The notes under the pieces were generated by a model. That model made no database searches, was not told where the DNA came from, and saw nothing but the letters and a program-made list of their open reading frames with translations. From assembly GCA_000388065.2 (NCBI GenBank), contig KB932211.1: a stretch of DNA of 10,895 bases; one strand, 5' to 3'. Origin of the DNA: Fonticula alba ATCC 38817 (Eukaryota; Protista; Nucleariida). This document shows positions 1 through 7,107 of this stretch, piece after piece. Within the stretch, counting starts at the first letter, position 1; each line of letters starts with the position of its first letter. A program made the position numbers and the translations under genes.

Positions 1-19
1 GGGGGGGGGGGGGGCGCAC

Positions 20-113
20 GTCGCGGAAAACCGTCGAGGAGATGCAGATGACGCCGTTGATGTGCTCCTCGTCGCGCAGCTCCTCGCCGATCCGCCGGGC
101 GACCTTGCACTTG

Positions 114-144
<31 letters not shown>

Positions 145-493
145 TGGAGGGCTTGGCGGCGGCATCCGGGTTGTCGGCGGCCTCGGCCGCAGGGGGGGCT
201 CCCCCCTCGGGGGTGGTGGCGATGCGCGTGGACACCGAGTCGATGGAGGACTCCTCCACTAGGCGCTGGGCCTCGAGCTGGGCCAGGCGCTGCTCTTCGG
301 CGATCTCCCACGGGGTCTTCTTCTTGTCCTTCTTCGGCTTGGCGTTCAGGTCGATCACCTTGTAGTCGATGGCCCCGGCATCCAGCACCGGCTTGACGAA
401 AGACCGGAAAATCTGCCGGCCTCGCTGCTCGCCGTCGTAGATGATCAGCAGCCGCGAGGGCTTCTCATCGGGCAGCATCGGCTGCGTGGAGAT
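20..493 (-). CDS. TIM54: Internal exon (158 codons, phase 0-0) of a Tim54-like mitochondrial inner-membrane TIM22 complex subunit; gene continues beyond the left edge, 5' exon not located
   Basis: Hand translation: ISTQPMLPDEKPSRLLIIYDGEQRGRQIFRSFVKPVLDAGAIDYKVIDL...P10...HINGVICISSTVFRD. This matches recalled fungal Tim54 blocks (LAEESMEVDKVPRKITVF; WRRYVKPVLYYAGLDYELV; GGVICLGRGAYKE). Acceptor CAG 496-494, branch CTGAC 525-521, donor GTGCGC at 19. Not in the ORF track because it has no stop inside the window. Family call is from memory, not a search. Confidence 0.75.
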
Positions 494-555
494 CTGCCCG
501 CCGGGTGATGTGGAATGCGAGTCAGTCGGCAGGTGATGTGAAGGGGGGGGGGGGG

Positions 556-585
556 NNNNNNNNNNNNNNNNNNNNNNNNNNNNNN
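556..585. other. Assembly gap (30 N) flanked by G13 (543-555) and G12 (586-597)
   Basis: Directly visible in the sequence. Confidence 1.
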
Positions 586-1317
586 GGGGGGGGGGGGAGG
601 GATGGGGGTGCATGACCTTCCGCCTCCCTCCCGGGCGGACCCCGCAGCACGCGCAGCCATATAGCATGCCGCCACCATGCAGATGGGCGCGTCTCGGCGT
701 TCGTGAACGAGGCATGGGCGTGTATGTGTGTGTGAGTCTGGGTGCGCGGGTGGGCCTGCCGCCGCCCGCGCCGGCCCCCTTGTCCCCCCCACCCCCCCTC
801 CAGGCCCCGGCCACCTGGGGCGCGGCCGGAGAGACGGCGGCCCCCACCCACGGCCGACCTGGCCCCGGCCAAGCGCGGGGACCAGCCGGCGCGCCTCTCG
901 CAGCGGGGCCAGCAGGCGGCGCCCCGAGCGTCGGCAACTGGTGCTGGTCGGCTGACGGAAGGGGGTCATGTGCAGCGGGAGAATCACGCCGACTTCGGTG
1001 ACTGAGTTAAGCGGCGGTCTCGTTAGCGACTGCGGCAAGTACGAACGCAGCCGGCAAAGACGGCGGGGCCGGCGCGTGCGCGATCTACGACCCCGCTTTC
1101 GCCCTCAATCGGCTGCCGCTTTTAGCTACCGGCTGGCGGCCGATCAAAATGGACGGGCGCGCGCGCGAGGGCGCGGGGGCCACAATGCCCGGGCGTGGCC
1201 GGGAGATCGGGCCAGGGGGCGCCGGCGCCTGTGTGATCGGCCGGAGTACGAGCTTTTCCCTTTGTTTGTGGCGCGGCATGCCCTCCTTCGTTCGGGACCT
1301 GGCCGTGTGTGAGGATG

Positions 1318-1329
1318 GTGTGTGTGTGT

Positions 1330-1370
<41 letters not shown>

Positions 1371-1374
1371 TGTG
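1318..1374 (+). repeat. (TG)n microsatellite with two TA interruptions 30 bp apart
   Basis: Interruptions tgta at 1331-1334 and 1361-1364; lies between the divergent TIM54-like and receptor genes. Confidence 0.97.
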
Positions 1375-1930
1375 GCTGGGGGGTGGCACAGATTGGCCAA
1401 ACATGGGTGGCGCTGGTGGCGAAGTCCGACGGTACGGCGGCGGTGCCGAGGGGCCCATGTGCGGGAGACCGGCTCCCGGCCGGCCGGCTTGTCCGAGCTG
1501 GAACAGGCCGCCGGCCGGGAGCCGACCCGTACACTTGAGGGCCATGGGGACCTGGCCGTCAGTCGGCCTGTAAGCCGGGATCCAGTCATGCTCATCGCCC
1601 GGCGTGCACGGCCACCCGGCCGCCTCCTGCCCCCAAGGCGACATGGCCGCACACGGGGGATCCGCCTCGCGGGAGGAGGGAGACGCGAGGCGGGGCCGAC
1701 GGTGTGCTATCGGCCGGCCGGGGCTCATCAGGCGGCGAGCAGTCACCGCGAGGGCCACCGGCCCACAAGCAACATCCCTCCCCTGTCTAACACCGAACCC
1801 GTCCCTCCCCTCGCCCCCTGCTCCCCTCTGCCTCTGACCCTCGGCCCTGCGCCCGCGCTCGCGCCTCCTCCTCCTCCTCCTTCTGCCCTGCCCCGCCGCC
1901 CTCGCGCCCGCGCGCGGACTCCCACGCCCC

Positions 1931-4900
1931 ATGAACGGCGCGGCCCTACCCGTGGCCCGGCGCCTTGCGAGCCTGGCGCTCGCCGGGCTGGCGGTCTCGA
2001 GCCGCCTGGCAAGCGCCCTGGCCCCGGCAACGCGGCCCGACGCGGCGATCGGCCCCGCGGCCGCTGCCGCCATCTGGAACACCGACGTGACCGTGCCCGG
2101 GCACGAGGGCCTGGCCTCGATGTCCCTGCCCTCGGCCCTGTCGGTGTACATTCCCAACAGTACGTGCGATGTGGTGATCGGCCGAGCGCCAAGCCCGGGC
2201 CGGGGGGCAGCTGCCGGGGAATGGGCGCTGGGCGCTGGGCGCCTTTGCTGACCTGTGCCGATGTTCCACACGCCCGGGCCGCCAGTTGAGAACTGCCTGA
2301 CCCTGCGCCACGAGCTCCGGAGCAACGAATGCTACCAGCTGCAGCAGACGTGCGACGAGTGCAGCGCATCCTGCCCGTCCGGCTCGACGGCGGTCGTGTC
2401 GAACTCCTGCCCCTCGAAGCCGGGCTGCTCCTCGCGCACGTGCATGTACCAGTGCTACTATGTGTTCACCTGGTGCGAGGAGTGCGACGTGGGGCACTTC
2501 CTCGGGGACGACCAGCAGGAGTGCATGTGTACGTGTCCCGCCTCGCGGCCGCGGGCCCGCCGCTTTGCCGATCGCCCGCTTCGCCCCGTGCGCGTGTGTG
2601 CCGCGCCACGGCCCGACATGTGGCCTGACATCCCGGCGCCGGTCCACCAGTGGGGCCCCCCTGCGAAAATGGCAAGATGTGCTCGATGAATGCGGTGTGC
2701 GATCGCCCCGGCGGGGCCACCACCGGCCCGGGCACCTGCCGGTGCAAGCCCGGCTTCTTTGGATTCCCCATCTGGTCAGACAGCAGCCCCGGCTGCGAGT
2801 GTGCGTGCCAAGCGGCTGGCGCTTGCATGGGGGCGCGGTCCGGCCACCCGGCGCACGGGCTTCTTGGGACTGACAGCTCTTGGTGTAGCCGTCTGCGGGG
2901 ATGGCGTCCTGGCCAGCGATGAGGAGTGCGACGACGGGAACACCCTGGACGGGGACTGCTGCTCGGCGAAGTGCAAGCTCGAGCCGGCGGTGCGTGGGGC
3001 AGTTGCTTTCTTGCCGCGGCCGCGGGCCAACATCCAAGGCATCCGAGCCCCCGGCCGGGGGGGGGGGGGGAATTGGCAAGGAAGAGTTGCTGACCGCATG
3101 GCCTGGGGCGGGGATGCGCCCGCTGCGCGCCGCGCACGCCGCCACAGCGCTCGCCCTGTGCCGTGTGGCAGGGCGACGGGGACATGTGCACGGACGACAT
3201 GTGCGATGGCCAGGGCAATTGCACCCTCTTCGAGGACAACCACCGGTGCGAGTGTGGCAACGGCCTGCTGGAGACCGACGAGCAGTGTGACCATGGCACG
3301 CGGAACAGCGACAACTCCGCCGACTGGCTCTGCCCCTATGGGGCGCTGCAGTGCGAGGCGTGCACCATGGATTGCAAGTTGAAGCCGGGGCACACGCAGT
3401 ACTGCGGCGATGGCCAGGTGCGCACGGGGGGCCGGCCTCGGGGTGTGGACCTGCGTCGGCTTGTCGGCATTTCCGGCGACCTTCGAGCCCTTGCCAGCGT
3501 GACTGACAAGCCAGCGCCTGCTTGTGTGTGTGTGTGTCTTTTCGCGTCTTCGTGCCTTCGTGTGCGCATGCATGTGCTCGCGTGCATGCATCTGCACATG
3601 TGTATATCTGCCTACATGCATATGTGCGTGTGCCTGCACGTGTGTGTGCGTCCATGCGCGCGCGCCCGGCCGCCGACCCGCCCGCGCCCCGTGCCACAGC
3701 TCCAGGGCACCTTTGGCGAGCGCTGCGACGATGGCAACACCACTGCCGGGGACGGCTGCTCGGCCGAGTGCCTGGTCGAGCCGGGCTTCGACTGCTCGCG
3801 CCTGGCCGGCGGCCCCTGCAAGGTACGTGCCCGGCCTGCCCGCTGATCTGAACCCCGGCCTGGCGCCCGGGCCGGCGGCTTCCTCGGGGGGAGCACCAGC
3901 CAGGCGATCGTTTTACTGACCAGGGGCCTGTTTGTCCGGGTCTTTTTTTTTTTTTTCCCGCCCGCGTCCCCCCGCCCTACAGCGCATCACCGCGGCCGAC
4001 GCCGAGTCGGTGGCCTCAGCCAGCCCGGCCAGCTGGGCCATCGACCAGCCGGCGGTGGTCCTCACCCTCGCCGGGCCGGTGCACATCCCGCTGGACAGCG
4101 GGGCCGCGTCGGGGACCGGGGCCGGGCTGGCGCCGCCGGCCCCGGCCACCAGCACCGACCCCCAGGACCGGGTGCTGGTGAGCCTGGCCCCGGCCGGCCG
4201 CGCATGCGCCGAGGGGGCCCGGCTGCGGGTCCAGCGCCTGGCCGGCACCCCGGGCAGCGGGGACTACAACCGGCCGGCGGTGGCCGTGCCGGCCTCGGCC
4301 TTCCAGCTGGTCGGCCAGTACCGGCTATGCTACACCACCGACGCCGGGGCCACTTGGCACGCGCAGCCGGCCGTCCAGCTGCACGTCCAGCCCCCGGCGG
4401 CCATCCCCTCGGCCGACCACCTGACGGCCATCTACCCGACGGTCTTCTTCATCCAGCCCACCACCGCCGACGGGGCGGCCAGCACATCCGGCCCGGGCAC
4501 CACCCTCGGCCTGCTGTCCCTCACGGGCGACCACCTGAGCCCCGAGTACACCCGGGTGCGCTTTGTCCGCGACCCGTCGCACTGCGCCGAGGCCGGGTCC
4601 CAGTCGAATGGGGCCAGCGCGTCGAGCGGCCCCGCCGGCGGCGGCTCCGGGCCGGTCGGCGGCTCGAGCTCGAGCGCGTCCGGGCCCTCGTCGGCCGGCG
4701 CCGGCCTGGCCACGCTGGGCAGCCCCCCCGACGGGGTGTACGCCCTGGCCGATGGCCATGTCCAGCTCCAGCTCCGGCACTTTGCCGCCGGCGGGGTGTA
4801 CCATGTGTGCCTGTCCAATGACCTGGGCCAGCACTTTGTCCTCCAGCGCCAGGTCCAATTGGAGATCATCCGTGCGTGAATTGGCATGCCCGGCGGGGCG

Positions 4901-6961
4901 CACGAGGCGCGCACGCGCCCAGGGCCAGGGGGGGAGGGGCGAGGGGGGAACCGATGGGGCCGCCGAGACGTGCCCCTGGCGGCCGCCGCTTCGGAATACT
5001 GACCCTGCGGCCCTTTGTCCCGGCATCTGCCGGGCCTTTCGGGCCTGCCTCGCCCCCGACAGCCCGGGTCACCAGCAATGAGGTCATTCGGTCGGTGACC
5101 CCGGCCAAGGTCCGGTCCTCGGAGTCGGTGCCCGTCACCGTGGCCGGGCTGCTGCCCTCCCACCGGACGTACGTGGTGGCGGCGGCCGGTCGCCAGGGCG
5201 GGCCGCCCGGCAGCCCCAACGCCCCGTCGCCCATTTGCAGCGAGGCGGACTTCGCCAGCGCGCCGGTGCTTTTCGACGCCGGGGCCCTGCTGCCGGCCGC
5301 CCAGGCCGGGGATGACAGCCGGATCGCCATGCCGCCCATCCAGGCATGCGGCGCGGTGCACCTCTGCGTGTCGACCGACTACGACCCCACGTCGCCGGCC
5401 GGCCAGGCCGCCACCTGGTACCGCCAGACCCGGGCCATGATCACGGTCACCGGTGCGTCGAGGCCCTTGCCCCACCGGCAGGAGGGAGGGCCCCGCAGGG
5501 CGAGACACCCGAGCCCGGCCCGGCGGCCACCGCCTCCCTTGCTGCTACCCCATCCCTGCACGCGATGCTGACTCACCTGCCATGGCCCGGCGGGCGCGCC
5601 CGTACACACATACCTCCCTTCCCCGGCCCGCCCGCCCGCCCGCCCGCCGGCGCAGTGCCCCTCGTCGAGGGGGTTGTCTCGAGCATCAGCCCCATGCGCG
5701 TGGAGTTCCCCCGGCCGACGGCCGGCAAGCGCGCCCAGCAGCAGCCCCTTGCCGAGGCCCCGGGGCGCACCTTCAACACGACCTTCCACCTGGTGGGCGC
5801 CCTGCCGTGCGAGGAGTTCCGCGTCGGGCTCTTCCGCGTGGAGGCCCCGCCGGCCGTCGGCGCGGCGGCCGCACCGCCCGGGCCGGTCCTCTGCCAGGAC
5901 CACCTGCTGGTGGCCAGCAACAGCACGACGCGCATCGGGTCCGGGCCGCATGCGGCCGCTTCGGGCGTGGCGCAGGTGACCTTCGCCGGGCTGGCCCCGG
6001 CCACCGGGGCCGACCCCGACACCGGCAGTCTGGCCGGCCGCCTGGTCGAGGGGGCGCACATGCTCTGCCTGAGCACCGATGCCGGGCTGACATGGCTGGC
6101 CCAGGCAAATGCCCCGGGCCCGGGGGCCGGCAGCGCCAGCGCCAGCGCCAGCGCCAGCGCCAGTGCCCCGAATGCCGGGGCCCAGCTGCTGGTGCACTTT
6201 GTGGCGGTGGCCGGCGCCTCGTCCGGGCCGCGGTCGGCCGCGGAGATCCTCGCCTCGCCACTGGTCATCGGGGCCATCTCGGCCGTGTGCGGGCTGGTCT
6301 TGCTGGTGGTGGTGGTCGTGGCCCTGAGCATGGTCCAGCGCCGGCGCATGAAGCTGGCCCTGGAGTCCGCCCGCTTGGAGATCGACATGCTGCACGACCG
6401 GCCCGAGCCCATGGGCGACGGGTATATCGTCGGTGCCAAGGAGGCCGATGTGCGTGACACATCCCGGCGAAGGCCCAACGCCCGCCGGGGTCTCTTTTTG
6501 CGTCCCCCCCCCCCTTCCTCCGCCCGGGCCGCGCCGCGGCTTTCCCGGCCCCCTGCCCCTTCTCCAGGTCTTTGCCCCCGCCGCCAGTGCCACTGACACC
6601 GCCGGGCCACCGGGCCCGCCCCGGCCCCCCCGCACAGCCCCTCGCCGTCTTCGGCATCACGGCCATCTACTCCGGCACGAGGTCCCTGGAGCCGGAGTAC
6701 TACGACGGCATGGGCGCCTCGGAGGCCGCCGACCCCGAGGCCGGCCCCCCGGCCAAGGGGGCCCCGCCCGCGCCCCCGGCCCCCGGCAAGGACCAGGACA
6801 TCGGCGACCTGACCGACGTCGACCCGGCCAAGTACTTCGGCCCGACGGCCGGCGCCGGCGGGACGGCCAGCACCGCCGGCGACACCGACTCGCCGCACGG
6901 GTCCTCCGTGCTGGGGACCGACCACTCGCCGGACTCGCTGGACCTCGACGCGGACTTCTGA
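1931..6961 (+). CDS. Single-pass type I cell-surface protein, about 1170 aa: signal peptide, Cys-rich domain, EGF-like, three DUF4215 (Myxococcus Cys-rich) repeats plus a CTDD..CD repeat, four IPT/TIG-like repeats, TM, cytoplasmic tail. Exons 1931-2159, 2286-2528, 2651-2800, 2889-2989, 3148-3417, 3700-3822, 3983-4871, 5063-5452, 5656-6449, 6638-6961
   Basis: All nine introns have GTRCGY donors and YAG acceptors with matching phases (1,1,1,0,0,0,1,1,0), and each contains a CTGAC. Exon total is 3513 nt = 1171 codons including TGA. Motifs: MNGAALPVARRLASLALAGLAVSSRLASA (signal); CENGKMCSMNAVC...CRCKPGFFG (EGF); CGDGVLASDEECDDGNTLDGDCCSAKC and CGDGQ/LQGTFGERCDDGNTTAGDGCSAEC (DUF4215); TM LVIGAISAVCGLVLLVVVVVALSMV (6261-6335) followed by QRRRMK. 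Confidence 0.9.
3523..3662 (+). repeat. Degenerate alternating purine-pyrimidine (TG/CA/CG) tract in intron 5 of the receptor gene
   Basis: (TG)n grading into gtgcgcatgcatgtg...atgcgcgcgcg. Confidence 0.85.
6132..6167 (+). repeat. Coding hexamer repeat (AGCGCC)x5 + AGTGCC encoding (Ser-Ala)6 in the fourth IPT-like repeat
   Basis: Directly visible; translates as GAGSASASASASASAPN. Confidence 0.95.
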
Positions 6962-7101
6962 TCCCCCCCCCCCTCCCCCCCCCCTGGCCGCAGGGCCAAT
7001 AGAACATACAAGTGCATGCTATGGGGGAGACCAACGCCCCAGGGCAGGGGGGTGCTTTTTCTTCTCTGGCCTGCCCCTCCCCCGAGGGGGGAATGGCGGG
7101 G

Positions 7102-7107
7102 TTTATT
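7102..7107 (-). promoter_or_regulatory. Candidate AATAAA polyadenylation signal overlapping the ATPase stop codon
   Basis: Minus strand reads GAA TAA A; usage in this organism is not known. Confidence 0.4.

Noticed and set aside
445-1038. Minus ORF 445-1038 (or 522-872) as the Tim54 N-terminus
   Set aside because: Runs through the N gap, out of frame with the exon, and shows no convincing TM segment or consensus donor.
1389-1660. Small plus-strand exon or ORF after the TG repeat (CAG 1389-1391, GTACGG 1432)
   Set aside because: Off-consensus donor, no recognisable peptide, no link to the downstream gene.
1834-1930. CTGAC plus pyrimidine tract as an intron 3' end before the receptor ATG
   Set aside because: No AG between it and the ATG at 1931; the signal peptide supports 1931 as the start, so this is probably 5' UTR.
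4319-6104. Sialidase or Vps10-type beta-propeller suggested by Asp-box motifs
   Set aside because: Only three clear motifs, far apart and each at the end of a TIG-like unit; no catalytic residues seen.
6545-6567. Alternative acceptor ttctccag at 6567 for the last receptor exon
   Set aside because: It lies upstream of the CTGAC (6593-6597) and gives a low-complexity out-of-frame product; 6637 fits branch and frame.
1946-6925. Long minus-strand ORFs (1946-3697, 4432-5508, 5379-6635, 5573-6925) as separate genes
   Set aside because: Arg/Gly/Pro-rich antisense shadows of the receptor exons; stops are rare at this GC content and no motifs are recognisable.
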